A stretch of DNA of 64,000 bases from Lentisphaerota bacterium (lineage in GTDB: Bacteria; Verrucomicrobiota; Kiritimatiellia; RFP12; JAAYNR01), in assembly GCA_016873675.1 (NCBI GenBank), contig VGWG01000004.1, forward strand, positions 2,715-66,714, read 5' to 3'. A model generated the notes under the pieces. That model searched no databases. It was not told the origin of the DNA and saw nothing but the letters and a program-made list of their open reading frames with translations. Of the stretch, positions 51,761-61,357 are shown one piece after another. Position numbers and translations under genes: made by a program. How positions within the stretch are numbered: position 1 is the stretch's first letter; each line of letters opens with the position of its first letter.

Positions 51761-54667
51761 ATGCACGTTGAGGAAACCACGGATTGCCTGCTCTCGCTTC
51801 CCGCCGCCGGTGTCACCGGCTTCAAGCCATGGAATCCGGCGTCGGCGGGTTTCTTTGTGACCTCCGACCCGCCGGGCAGTCAGCTCGGATCGGGCGGCGG
51901 CACGGCCCATGTGCTCCATCAGGCGTGGCAGGCCTCGCCGGCGCGGCAGACCGGGGGGTTTGAGGCTTGGCTGGAGGCCTCGCGCAAGCTGATTGTCCAT
52001 GGCAGCGGCCAGAGCCGCCGTCTTCCGGCTTATGCCGCCGAAGGAAAGCCGTTGCTGCCCTTGCCGCTGTTGCCAGCGCGCGCGGGACAGGCGCCCGATC
52101 AGCGGCTCATCGACTTTCAACTGGACGCCTACAGCCGCATCCTCCGTCATGCGCCCGCCTCCTACCGGGTGATGATCACCTGCGGCGATGTCCTGCTGAC
52201 GAACCCGGCGTTCACCCCTGCCTTTCCTGACGCCGATGTCTTGATCGTCGGCATCCGCTCGACGCCCGACGAGGGGAGCCGCCATGGCGTCCTGTTCTGC
52301 CGCAACGCGGCGACGGGCGCCCTGGATTTCTTCCTGCAAAAGCCGCCGCCCGAAAAGACCCGCGTGCTGTCCGACTCCCACGCCTTTTACCTCGACACCG
52401 GCGTGTGGCTGCTGAGTGCACGCGCCGTCTCGGTGCTCGTGCGCACGTGCGGCTGGTCGTCCGAGACCCAGACGTATGCGGGCGGCGCGCCATCGCACTA
52501 CGAATTGTTTGACCGTTTCGGCCTCGCCCTCGGGGCGTCGCCTGTTGCGCCTGATCCCCAGATCTCCGCGCTTTCCGCAGCGGTCCTTCCCCTGCCCGCC
52601 GGGCGCTTCTTCCATTTTGGCACCAGCCGCAGCATCATCTCCTCCGCCGTTGAGTTGGCCCAGGCATCCGAGCGCGCCCATGCCGTGGGACTGGGCTCGG
52701 CGGAGGCGCACGAACATTGCCTGAGCATGAACGCCGACCTGCGTGTGCCGCTCACGGGCGCGAACCGGCTGCTCTGGATCGAAAACGCCGTCATCCCCGC
52801 CGATTGGACGCTGCGCGACCGCCACGTCCTCACCGGCATCCCCGCTAACACCTGGGCGCTTGATCTCCCCTCCGGCGTCTGCCTGGACTGCATCGGCCTG
52901 CGCGCCGAGGCAGGCGTCTGCCTGCGCGTCTACGGCTTTGACGATCCCTTCCGCGGGGCGCTGACCGACCCCGCCACGCGGTGGATGGAACGCTCCTTTG
53001 CCGACTGGCTGAAGGCACGCGGCCTCTCCTGCCAACAGGCGGGGCTTGCCCCAGACATCGACATCCAGGACGCGCCGCTCTTTCCGAGGCTCGCTGCGGA
53101 CGATCCGCGCTGCGGGCCGTTGCTCGCGTGGATGACGGCGCTCAGCCCCACCCCCGATTCCGCATCCCTCCGACTCTGGCTGGACGCGCCGCGAGTCTCG
53201 GCGTCGGACCTGCTGTGCCGGGCCGATACGGCGGCGCGCGGCGCCGCGCGCTCGGATGCCGTCGATGCCGTTCTCGCCGGCCAACCGGCTCAGGCCTGGC
53301 AGAAGCGCTGCCTGTCGCTCGATCTCGAAGCCGTCGCGCGCCGGGTGGAGGGGGCTCCGGCCGCCGCCCTTCCGCCGCCGTTGGAGGCTCAGGGCAGCAA
53401 CGTCTCCGAACTGGCCGCCGTGCATGACGTGGCCTTGCGTGACCGGCTCACCTCCGCCGTCGCTCGGCCCAACCGCGCCGCCGGTCGTCTGCGCGACCTG
53501 CTGGTGGCCAAACTGGCCGTGGCGCCGGTTTCGCCTCGCCGCGCGGCGGGAGAGGATCAGATCGTGTGGGGGCGTGCGCCCGCCCGCCTCGATTTTGCCG
53601 GCGGCTGGACCGATACCCCGCCCTATTGCCTCGAGCACGGCGGCCGCGTGGTCAATCTGGCGGTCAACCTCAACGGTCAGCCGCCGGTGCAGGCGTTCGC
53701 GCGCGTCTGCGAAAAGCCGTGCCTCGTGATTCGCAGCATTGATCTCGGCGTCGGAGAGGTGATCGAGACCACCGAAGACCTGCTGGCCGAAGAGCGGCTC
53801 GGCAGCGGTTTCGGCATCGCCCGCGCGGCCTTCCGCCTCGCCGGGTTCGACCCCGCCTTCAACGCCTCGGGTCGCGGCGCGCCGCTGGCTCAGTTTCTCC
53901 GCGACACGTTTGGCGGCGGCATCGAGCTCACCCTGCTCGCCGCGATTCCCAAGGGTTCGGGGCTGGGCACCAGCAGCATCCTGGCCGCCACCCTGCTCGG
54001 CACGCTCGGCGACCTCGCCGGCCTGCACTGGAACGAGCAGGATCTGTTTACCCGCACCCTCGCGCTGGAGCAGATCCTCACCTCCGGCGGCGGCTGGCAG
54101 GACCAGGTCGGCGGCATGGTCGGCGGATTGAAGCAGATCGAAAGCGCCCCCGGCCTGCAGCAGAAGCCGGTCATCCGCTGGCTGCCGACCTCGATGCTCG
54201 ATGCGGCCATCGCCGACAAGCGGTTCCAGCTTTATTACACGGGGCTGACACGCGTGGCGCACAATATTCTGGGCGAAATTGTGAAGGGGCTTTTCCTCAA
54301 CGACGCCGAGCGTATCCGCACCATCGAGGCGATCGGCTTGAACGCCGACTTCGCCGCAGAGGCGCTGCAGCGGAACGACTGGCCGGTTTTTGTCGAGGCG
54401 ATCCGCCGGAGCTGGCTCCTGAACCGCATGCTCGACACGGGAACCAATCCGGCCGAGGTGCAGGCGATCATCGATCGCGTGTCGCCCTGGCTCGCTGCCA
54501 CCAAGCTGACCGGCGCGGGCGGCGGCGGCTACATGCTCCTGCTAACCGACACGCCGGAACAGGGAGCGCGCCTGCGCCGGGAACTGCTGGACAACCCGCC
54601 GAATGGGCGCGCCCGCTTTGTCGATGTCTCCATCTCGCACTCCGGCCTTGAAATCACCCGCAGTTAA
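51761..54667 (+). CDS. fkp: Bifunctional L-fucokinase / fucose-1-phosphate guanylyltransferase-like protein
   Basis: N-terminal pyrophosphorylase-like domain (GSGGGTAHVL ... LIVHGSGQSRRLP) plus C-terminal GHMP kinase domain (AAIPKGSGLGTSSILAATLLG). 968 aa. Confidence 0.8.
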   Translation: MHVEETTDCLLSLPAAGVTGFKPWNPASAGFFVTSDPPGSQLGSGGGTAHVLHQAWQASPARQTGGFEAWLEASRKLIVHGSGQSRRLPAYAAEGKPLLPLPLLPARAGQAPDQRLIDFQLDAYSRILRHAPASYRVMITCGDVLLTNPAFTPAFPDADVLIVGIRSTPDEGSRHGVLFCRNAATGALDFFLQKPPPEKTRVLSDSHAFYLDTGVWLLSARAVSVLVRTCGWSSETQTYAGGAPSHYELFDRFGLALGASPVAPDPQISALSAAVLPLPAGRFFHFGTSRSIISSAVELAQASERAHAVGLGSAEAHEHCLSMNADLRVPLTGANRLLWIENAVIPADWTLRDRHVLTGIPANTWALDLPSGVCLDCIGLRAEAGVCLRVYGFDDPFRGALTDPATRWMERSFADWLKARGLSCQQAGLAPDIDIQDAPLFPRLAADDPRCGPLLAWMTALSPTPDSASLRLWLDAPRVSASDLLCRADTAARGAARSDAVDAVLAGQPAQAWQKRCLSLDLEAVARRVEGAPAAALPPPLEAQGSNVSELAAVHDVALRDRLTSAVARPNRAAGRLRDLLVAKLAVAPVSPRRAAGEDQIVWGRAPARLDFAGGWTDTPPYCLEHGGRVVNLAVNLNGQPPVQAFARVCEKPCLVIRSIDLGVGEVIETTEDLLAEERLGSGFGIARAAFRLAGFDPAFNASGRGAPLAQFLRDTFGGGIELTLLAAIPKGSGLGTSSILAATLLGTLGDLAGLHWNEQDLFTRTLALEQILTSGGGWQDQVGGMVGGLKQIESAPGLQQKPVIRWLPTSMLDAAIADKRFQLYYTGLTRVAHNILGEIVKGLFLNDAERIRTIEAIGLNADFAAEALQRNDWPVFVEAIRRSWLLNRMLDTGTNPAEVQAIIDRVSPWLAATKLTGAGGGGYMLLLTDTPEQGARLRRELLDNPPNGRARFVDVSISHSGLEITRS

Positions 54668-54678
54668 GGAACTCAACC

Positions 54679-56643
54679 ATGCGCATCTCCGTACCCGGCC
54701 GTATCTGCCTGTTTGGCGAGCACAGCGATTGGGCGGGCACCTACCGCCGGATCAATGCCGACATTCCCGCCGGCGAGGCGATCATCACCGGCACCAATCA
54801 GGGGGTTCACGCCGAGGTCTCGCCGCACCCAGGCCGGCTGATCCTCCGCACCACCCTCAACGACGGCTCCCGCCTCCCTGAATGGTCGGTCGAGATGTCG
54901 GCGCCGGCCCTGCTTGAAGCCGCCCGCGAGGGCGGGTTCTACAGTTATGCGGCGGGCGTGGCCTATCAGATCCTCGTGAATTACCGCGTGCGCGGGCTCC
55001 TCATCGACAATGACCGCACCGACCTGCCGGTCAAGAAGGGGCTGAGCTCGAGCGCGGCGGTCTCGGTCCTGGTCGCGCGCGCGTTCAACCGCGTCTACGA
55101 CCTCAAGCTGACCGTGCGCGGCGAGATGGAGCTGGCGTATCTCGGCGAGATCACAACCCCGTCGCGCTGCGGCCGCATGGATCAGGGCTGCGCCTACGGG
55201 GAGCGCCCGATTCGCATGACGTTCGACGGCGACCGGATCGACGTCGAGGAGCTGGTTGTCAGCCGCGACATCCACATGGTGCTCGTCGATCTTCACGCCA
55301 CCAAGGACACGCGCGAGATCCTGAACAGCCTGAACCATTGCTACCCCTTTGCCGAAACCGAGACCGCGCGCAACGTCCAACGCTGCCTCGGGGAGCAGAA
55401 TCGCGAGATCGTCGCCGAGGCCGCGCGTCTGCTGAAGCTGGGAGACGCCGCAGGGATCGGTGCCCTGATGACTCGTGCGCAACGGCTCTTCGACGAGCAG
55501 GTCTCGCCCGCCTGTCCCGCGCAATTGTCCGCGCCCGTCCTGCACCGCCTGCTGGCCCATCCTCCGCTGCGGCCGCTGATTTACGGCGGCAAGGGCGTGG
55601 GCTCGCAGGGCGACGGATCGGCCCAGCTCATCGCCCGCGACGCCGCCGCGCAGCGCGAGATCATCCGCATCGTCGCGCGCGACCTGGGCATGACGGGGCT
55701 TCCCCTGACGATCCAAACCGGCAGCCGCGTCCGCAAGGCGGTCATTCCCGCCGCCGGTTTTGGCACCCGGCTCTTCCCCGCCACCAAGGCGGTGAAGAAG
55801 GAACTGTTTCCGGTTGTCGGCGCCGATGGCCGCGCACGTCCCGTGATTCTCGCGATCGTGGAAGAGGCCATGGCCGCCGGGATCGAGGAGGTGGCCATCC
55901 TGGTGCAGGCGCGTGATCAGGAGACGTTCCGAGAACTCTTCCACACGCCGCCTTCCGCCGAGCACTACAACAAGCTCTCCAAGGCCGATCAGCAGGCGTG
56001 CGACCGGCTGATGGCGCTGGGACGCCGGGTCACGCTGCTCACCCAGGATACGCAGGAGGGCTTCGGACATGCCGTCTATTGCGCCCGCAGGTGGGTGGGG
56101 GGCGAGCCGTTCCTGCTCATGCTGGGCGACCATCTCTACACCTCCGACACCGCCGCCTGCTGCGCCCGGCAGGTGCTGGAGGCCTTCGAGCGCACCGGGA
56201 AAAGCGCCGTGGGGCTGCTGGGGACGCCCGTCACCGACGTTCATCACTACGGCTGTGTGACGGGCGTGTGGCGCCGCGAGCACGTCGGCGAGATCCTGGA
56301 CATCTCTGAATTCGCGGAGAAGCCGACGGCCGATTACGCCCGCGAACACCTGCCCGTTGACGGACTCGCTGCCGATACCTTCCTCGCCGTGTTCGGCATC
56401 TACGCGCTCAAGCCTGCGGTTTTCGACGCGCTCGAAGACAACATCCGGCTCAACATCCGCGAACGGGGCGAGTTCCAGCTAACCTCCTGCCTCGATGCCA
56501 TCCGGCGCCACGATGGCTTCGTCGGGATTTGCGTCCGTGGCCGACGGTACGATATTGGCATGCCGTTCGCGTATGTCGAAAGCCTCGCCGCCTTCAGCCG
56601 CACGCCCCTCGTGCGGACGGAAGCCCCGTGCGCGGCCACCTGA
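54679..56643 (+). CDS. Fusion: N-terminal GHMP sugar kinase plus C-terminal sugar-1-phosphate nucleotidyltransferase (GalU/UDP-sugar pyrophosphorylase-like)
   Basis: GRICLFGEHSDWAG and PVKKGLSSSAAVSV (GHMP). AVIPAAGFGTRLFPATKAVKKELFPV (NTP-transferase G-x-G-T-R loop). Confidence 0.8.
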   Translation: MRISVPGRICLFGEHSDWAGTYRRINADIPAGEAIITGTNQGVHAEVSPHPGRLILRTTLNDGSRLPEWSVEMSAPALLEAAREGGFYSYAAGVAYQILVNYRVRGLLIDNDRTDLPVKKGLSSSAAVSVLVARAFNRVYDLKLTVRGEMELAYLGEITTPSRCGRMDQGCAYGERPIRMTFDGDRIDVEELVVSRDIHMVLVDLHATKDTREILNSLNHCYPFAETETARNVQRCLGEQNREIVAEAARLLKLGDAAGIGALMTRAQRLFDEQVSPACPAQLSAPVLHRLLAHPPLRPLIYGGKGVGSQGDGSAQLIARDAAAQREIIRIVARDLGMTGLPLTIQTGSRVRKAVIPAAGFGTRLFPATKAVKKELFPVVGADGRARPVILAIVEEAMAAGIEEVAILVQARDQETFRELFHTPPSAEHYNKLSKADQQACDRLMALGRRVTLLTQDTQEGFGHAVYCARRWVGGEPFLLMLGDHLYTSDTAACCARQVLEAFERTGKSAVGLLGTPVTDVHHYGCVTGVWRREHVGEILDISEFAEKPTADYAREHLPVDGLAADTFLAVFGIYALKPAVFDALEDNIRLNIRERGEFQLTSCLDAIRRHDGFVGICVRGRRYDIGMPFAYVESLAAFSRTPLVRTEAPCAAT

Positions 56644-56702
56644 TTTTCCACGGTTGTCGCCAACATTCACATCCCGGATCCAAGCCAACCGAGCACCGAC
56701 CC

Positions 56703-57692
56703 ATGTCAGCACCGCCCCATCAACCCAAAATCGGACTTGTTCTCGGCAGTGGCGGCGCCCGAGGCTGGGCGCATGTCGGGGCGCTTAATGGCCTCATCCG
56801 GCACCGGGTTCCTCTCGTGTGTGTCGTGGGCACGAGCGCAGGCGCCCTGTTTGGCGCGGCCTTTGCGGCAGGGCGTCATGACGTGGTCAACGCCCTTTCG
56901 AACACGTTGGATCGGCGGCGGCTGTTCGAACTGTTTGTCGAAATCAGCCTGTCCCGGTCCGGGCTTCTTTCGGGCCGCCGATTGCAGCGATTGATCCGGG
57001 AGCTGACCGGCGGCAACACCTTCGGTACGCTCAACCTGCCGTTTGCTGCGGTTGCCACCGATCTCAGAACCGAGCAGGAGGTCGTGATTGACGCCGGGCC
57101 GGTGGATCAGGCCGTGCGGGCGAGCATCGCCATCCCGGGCATCTTCACACCCGTGCTGCGCAACGGCTGTCTGCTGGTGGATGGTGGGCTGGTCAACCCC
57201 CTGCCGGTGAGCGTCGCGCGGGCAATGGGCGCGGATTTCGTCATCGGCGTGGACGTCAACCTGAATGTGTCCGAGCTGGGCCGGACGCCGCGCGATCCCC
57301 CGCCTGTGGCTCCGCGACAGGAGGCTGTCCCGGCCCTCGCAGAGGACGGCGGACCACCGGCAGCCTGGCGTCAGATGATCGACGACTGGTCGTCCAAGCT
57401 GCCTCCGCTGCGGCAGGCTTCACAAGCCGCACTCGCGCGCTGGTTCAAGGTCGCTCCCGGATCGGCATCGATCTTCGAGGTGCTCACGCAGACGCTCCGC
57501 CTCGTTGAAAACCAGATCACGCGGGCCCGCCTCGTGCAGGAACCGCCCGACTTGCTGGTCCAGCCTGCCGTCGGGCACATTCAGACGCTCGAATTTCAAC
57601 GTGCCCGCGAAGCGGTCGCCGCCGGCGATGCCGCCATGGAGCGGGCGCTGTTGCACATGGATCAAACAAGCAAGAGGGAGGTATCGGCATGA
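56703..57692 (+). CDS. Patatin-like phospholipase
   Basis: ATG at 56703. GLVLGSGGARGWAHVG (oxyanion) and GTSAG (GxSxG). DGG motif VDGGLVNPLP. Confidence 0.85.
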   Translation: MSAPPHQPKIGLVLGSGGARGWAHVGALNGLIRHRVPLVCVVGTSAGALFGAAFAAGRHDVVNALSNTLDRRRLFELFVEISLSRSGLLSGRRLQRLIRELTGGNTFGTLNLPFAAVATDLRTEQEVVIDAGPVDQAVRASIAIPGIFTPVLRNGCLLVDGGLVNPLPVSVARAMGADFVIGVDVNLNVSELGRTPRDPPPVAPRQEAVPALAEDGGPPAAWRQMIDDWSSKLPPLRQASQAALARWFKVAPGSASIFEVLTQTLRLVENQITRARLVQEPPDLLVQPAVGHIQTLEFQRAREAVAAGDAAMERALLHMDQTSKREVSA

Positions 57693-58522
57693 TTCAGTTT
57701 CGTGTGAATGGCACCACATGCACGCGCTGCGGACAGTGCGTGCTCGACTGTCCGTCGCAGATCATCGAGCGGTCCGGCGACGCGCCGCCCCGGATCCGCG
57801 CGGAGAACGAGGGGGATTGCATCCAGTGTCAGCACTGCCTCGCGGTCTGCCCCGCAGCGGCGATCTCGATAAGCGGGCGCGACCCCGCCGCCAGCATCGC
57901 GCTCGCCGGCGGCTCGCTCCCGACGCTGGACGCGATGACCAACCTGATCCGGGGGCGTCGCAGCGTCCGCCGCTACCGGGATGAGAATGTGGATCCGCGT
58001 TTGCTGCGGCGCCTGCTGGCGGCGCTCGGAAACGCCCCCACCGGATGCAACCGGATGGGGCTGACGTTCTCCGTGGTCGACGACAAGGACGCCATGCAGC
58101 GGTTTCGCCTCAAGGCGTTGAACGGATTGGCCGAGATGACGAAGGCGGGGCTGCTGCGGGATCCCTCTGGCTTCATCAGCGAGGCTGCGCCAGCCTGGTT
58201 CGACCAGGGCGTCGACATCATTTTTCGGGGCGCGCCGCATCTGCTGGTAGTCTCGGCCTCCCTCGAATCCGCCTGTCCGCAGGAGGATGTGAACCTGGCG
58301 CTGGCCTATTTTGAACTCATGGCCCAGAGCGCCGGTCTGGGCACGGTCTGGTGCGGGCTGGCGAAAATGGTGCTGGAACAGCTACCGGAGCTCCGGGAGG
58401 TTGTGGGCGTGGCACCGGGACAGTACTACTACGCCATGCTGTTCGGTCTGCCCGCCGTTCGCTACGCCCGGACGGTGCAGCGCGACGAGGGCGCGCGCGT
58501 CCGGCGCATACAGATGCCGTGA
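57689..58522 (+). CDS. Nitroreductase-family protein with N-terminal 2x[4Fe-4S] ferredoxin domain
   Basis: CTRCGQCVLDCP and CIQCQHCLAVCP, followed by the nitroreductase fold (RRSVRRYRDE ... GLGTVWCG). ATGA overlap with the patatin stop. Confidence 0.8.
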   Translation: MIQFRVNGTTCTRCGQCVLDCPSQIIERSGDAPPRIRAENEGDCIQCQHCLAVCPAAAISISGRDPAASIALAGGSLPTLDAMTNLIRGRRSVRRYRDENVDPRLLRRLLAALGNAPTGCNRMGLTFSVVDDKDAMQRFRLKALNGLAEMTKAGLLRDPSGFISEAAPAWFDQGVDIIFRGAPHLLVVSASLESACPQEDVNLALAYFELMAQSAGLGTVWCGLAKMVLEQLPELREVVGVAPGQYYYAMLFGLPAVRYARTVQRDEGARVRRIQMP

Positions 58523-58599
58523 GAGAAGGGGCGAGTACGATGGAGTAGGGCTCGACCGGATGGACTCGTATTCTATGTCCCCTGTTTCTCCTTATAAAC

Positions 58600-58699
58600 G
58601 AGGCTCTTGCAAAACCCCCGTGGCACGGGCGTCCCGCCCGTGAAACACGGGCAAGATGCCCGTGCCACGCCCGTACTGACGGGGTTTTGCAAGAGCCTC
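58600..58699. mobile_element. Best-preserved copy of the palindromic MITE-like element
   Basis: Perfect 19-bp TIR GAGGCTCTTGCAAAACCCC (58600-58618 / 58681-58699). AAAC on both flanks (58596-58599, 58700-58703). Internal CACGGGC/GCCCGTG hairpins. Confidence 0.8.
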
Positions 58700-58737
58700 A
58701 AACGTAAACTCGCAACGAATGGAGCGGAACACGAGAA

Positions 58738-59520
58738 TCAGATCCGCTTTCTTCTCCACCCCTTCACTTCGCTCCACGGAAAGAAGTAGACCGAGTAGAC
58801 CACCGCATAGATGAAGAAGGACTCGATCTTCAGGATGTGGCAGAAGGCGAAAAAGAAGATCAGCAGGTGCATCCGCACGACGTTGATGTAGGGTCGGCCC
58901 ATCGCGTCGCCCAGATCGTAAGGCTTCGTGTCCGGCGTCTCGGTCAGCCAGCCCGCCGCGAAACTGCGGACTGGCTTAAACGGGCGTTCGCCCTCGATCG
59001 CCCGGATCAGAGGAAAAAACACCTGTTTCCTTTCCGCGATGAGCGCCGGGATGAGAAAGAGACCATAGGGTTGCAGGAGGTGCCGGAATACCAGCGCCCA
59101 CAGCAAGGGCGGATTCATGAACGCCTCGCCGAAACCGTCGCTCGGCATGCCGTCGATCGGGAAGAACTGCCGCAGAAACACCGAGTGAATCGCGTGAAAG
59201 CCGCAGAAATGAAGCGAGAAGAAACCCAGAAAGAACAGGCCGACCATCAGCCCAATCAGGATGGCCGGCAGGCACTGCGTTCGCTTGATTTCTTTCTGAC
59301 GGAGCATCCGAATCCCGGTGGCGGCCCCGCCGCTCAAAATCGACAGGATCGTCAGATACCCCGTGACCAGACTGCATAACCACAAGCTCCAGACCAAGTC
59401 CGTTGTGTTCCACTTGAATAAATAGGCCTGCCCCAAACCTAGCACGAATGCAAAAAAATCCGGCAGTATCCTGCGGAACCCGTTCGTCTCGGTGTCTGGA
59501 ATCTTCTCTTTCCTTCTCAC
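58738..59520 (-). CDS. Integral membrane protein, function unknown
   Basis: 260 aa with about 7 hydrophobic segments. 4-nt overlap with the upstream pabBC stop. Confidence 0.6.
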   Translation of the reverse strand: MRRKEKIPDTETNGFRRILPDFFAFVLGLGQAYLFKWNTTDLVWSLWLCSLVTGYLTILSILSGGAATGIRMLRQKEIKRTQCLPAILIGLMVGLFFLGFFSLHFCGFHAIHSVFLRQFFPIDGMPSDGFGEAFMNPPLLWALVFRHLLQPYGLFLIPALIAERKQVFFPLIRAIEGERPFKPVRSFAAGWLTETPDTKPYDLGDAMGRPYINVVRMHLLIFFFAFCHILKIESFFIYAVVYSVYFFPWSEVKGWRRKRI

Positions 59521-61325
59521 TCATCTCCTTCATGTTTGTGGTGCGAACGGTTGTTCCAGGGTTCTATCAACTCCGCCGGAATCCACCCTCTCAGGGAGTT
59601 GAAGAGGGCGATGCCATCGGTGGTGCGGAGGTCGTCACGGGTGAGGGTACGTTCGGTGATGCGGCCCGTGCGCAGCAACCGGTCGCGAAAGACGCCGGGG
59701 AGGAGGCCGCTGGCGAGGGGAGGGGTGAACCAGCGGCCTTTGTTGCAGAGGGCGATGTTGGCCACGGTCGTCTCGGTGATTTCACTGCGGGTGTTCCAGA
59801 GCAGCACATCGTCTGCCTCGGGCAGGTTGACGCGGGCGTTGTCGTAAAGGGTTCGGCAGGTTGTCTTGTGTCGCAGCAGCGTCAGATCGGGGTCGATCGG
59901 TTGTGCAGCGAGGGCGATGCGCCACGGCCGGCCGACCGGCGGCGGCGCGGGGGCGGTCTCGACGACGGGCGGGCCGGCGCGGGGAATGAGCAACCGGACG
60001 CGCAGGGAAGTGTCGGCGTTGGCGACGGCCGCATTGAGGCAGCGAAGTACGGTGGAGGTGTCGCAGGGGAAACCGAGGAGGCGCGCGGAGGCGACGAGGC
60101 GGCGCAGGTGGCTGCGAAGAAGGAAGAACCCGCGTTTGGGTCGCCAAAGGACCGTTTCGAGCAGGCAGAGATCGGCGGGGGGCGCGTCGAGGATGCGGGT
60201 TTTGGCGAGCGCTTCGGCGTATTCGCTGCTTGCGCTGGAGTCCCAGACGATCCCGCCACCCGTTCCGTACTCGGCGGTGGCGGCGGCGTGATTCACCGCC
60301 ACGGTGCGGATGGCCACGCTGAACTGGGCGCGACGGCCGGGCGCGACGTAGCCGATGGCGCCGGTGTAGACGCCGCGCGGGGATGATTCGAGCGTGGCGA
60401 TCAGATCGAGGGCGCGGATCTTCGGCGCGCCGGTGATCGATGCGCAGGGGAAGAGCGCCGCGAGCAGGTCGGCGAGTCCGGCGTCGGTTCGCGCTTCGAC
60501 ATCGGAGGTCATCTGCCAGACGGTCGGATAGGGTTCGACGGTGAAGCGGCGGGGGACGCGCACCGTTCCGGGGATGGCCACGCGGCCGAGGTCGTTGCGG
60601 ATCATGTCCACGATCATCACGTTTTCCGCCCGGTTCTTCGGCGAATTGCGGAGGGCGGCGCGAGCGGCGCGATCTGTGGCGGGCGTGAGACCGCGGATGG
60701 CCGTCCCCTTCATGGGGCGGCAGAGCACGTGATCGCCGTCGAGGCGAAAGAACAGCTCGGGCGAGGCGGAGCACAGGGTATGGCCGTCCAGACGGATCCA
60801 AGCGGCGTAGCGGCTCTGCTGCGCGGCGGCGAGCGCCAGGAACAGGGGCCAGGGATCGCCGTCAAACGGGGCGCTCAGACGGAAGGTGTAGTTGACCTGG
60901 TAGGTGTCGCCTTCGGCGATATGGGCGCGGATGCGGTCAATGCGGCTGGCGTAGACGGCGGGCGATTCGGATGGCGTCCAGAGGAGCGTTGGTGGCCGCG
61001 CGGCACCGGGCGGAAGGGCGTCGAGCCTCTCGGCGCGGCGGTAGAGTCCGAACCAGACCAGCGGCAGAGCGGTTGGCGTGACAGGCGGTGGCTGCGTGCG
61101 GCAGGCCGGGTCACATGCGGGGGCGGCCTCATAGGCGATGTAGCCGGCGGCGAACAGGCCCGCGCCGACACCCGCCTCGACGCGGCGCAGCAGGGGTTCG
61201 ACCTCCGCCACCGTGCGGGCGGTGAGGATGCGCTCCGGGTCGGAAAAAGCCAGCCAGCGGGGCTCGCCTGTTGGCGGCGAGTCCCGCAGTATAACGGTTC
61301 CGGGTGTGTCAGGGGAGAGTGGCAT
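59517..61325 (-). CDS. pabB: Aminodeoxychorismate synthase component I fused to an aminodeoxychorismate-lyase-like (fold-type IV PLP) domain
   Basis: Chorismate-binding motifs (SPKNRAENVMIVDMIRNDLGR, TGAPKIRALDLI, GVYTGAIGY). The C-terminal ~200 aa resemble PabC/class IV aminotransferase. Confidence 0.8.
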   Translation of the reverse strand: MPLSPDTPGTVILRDSPPTGEPRWLAFSDPERILTARTVAEVEPLLRRVEAGVGAGLFAAGYIAYEAAPACDPACRTQPPPVTPTALPLVWFGLYRRAERLDALPPGAARPPTLLWTPSESPAVYASRIDRIRAHIAEGDTYQVNYTFRLSAPFDGDPWPLFLALAAAQQSRYAAWIRLDGHTLCSASPELFFRLDGDHVLCRPMKGTAIRGLTPATDRAARAALRNSPKNRAENVMIVDMIRNDLGRVAIPGTVRVPRRFTVEPYPTVWQMTSDVEARTDAGLADLLAALFPCASITGAPKIRALDLIATLESSPRGVYTGAIGYVAPGRRAQFSVAIRTVAVNHAAATAEYGTGGGIVWDSSASSEYAEALAKTRILDAPPADLCLLETVLWRPKRGFFLLRSHLRRLVASARLLGFPCDTSTVLRCLNAAVANADTSLRVRLLIPRAGPPVVETAPAPPPVGRPWRIALAAQPIDPDLTLLRHKTTCRTLYDNARVNLPEADDVLLWNTRSEITETTVANIALCNKGRWFTPPLASGLLPGVFRDRLLRTGRITERTLTRDDLRTTDGIALFNSLRGWIPAELIEPWNNRSHHKHEGDE

Positions 61326-61357
61326 TCACTAGTCGCGATCCGTGGCCTCGGCACGTG

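Noticed and set aside
50816-54262. 1148-aa ORF on the minus strand, antisense to fkp.
   Set aside because: It lies antisense to a gene with clear Fkp/GHMP motifs. The translation is R/A/G/P-rich low complexity with no motif, as expected for spurious long ORFs in high-GC DNA. The same reasoning applies to these ORFs:
- 1187..2557
- 3423..4931
- 7372..9138
- 13166..14656
- 15025..15897
- 17900..18982
- 19001..20245
- 23944..25359
- 36140..37564
- 37761..39290
- 44527..46368
- 54673..56349
- 59448..60386
- 59782..60801
- 61304..62893
- 62259..63938
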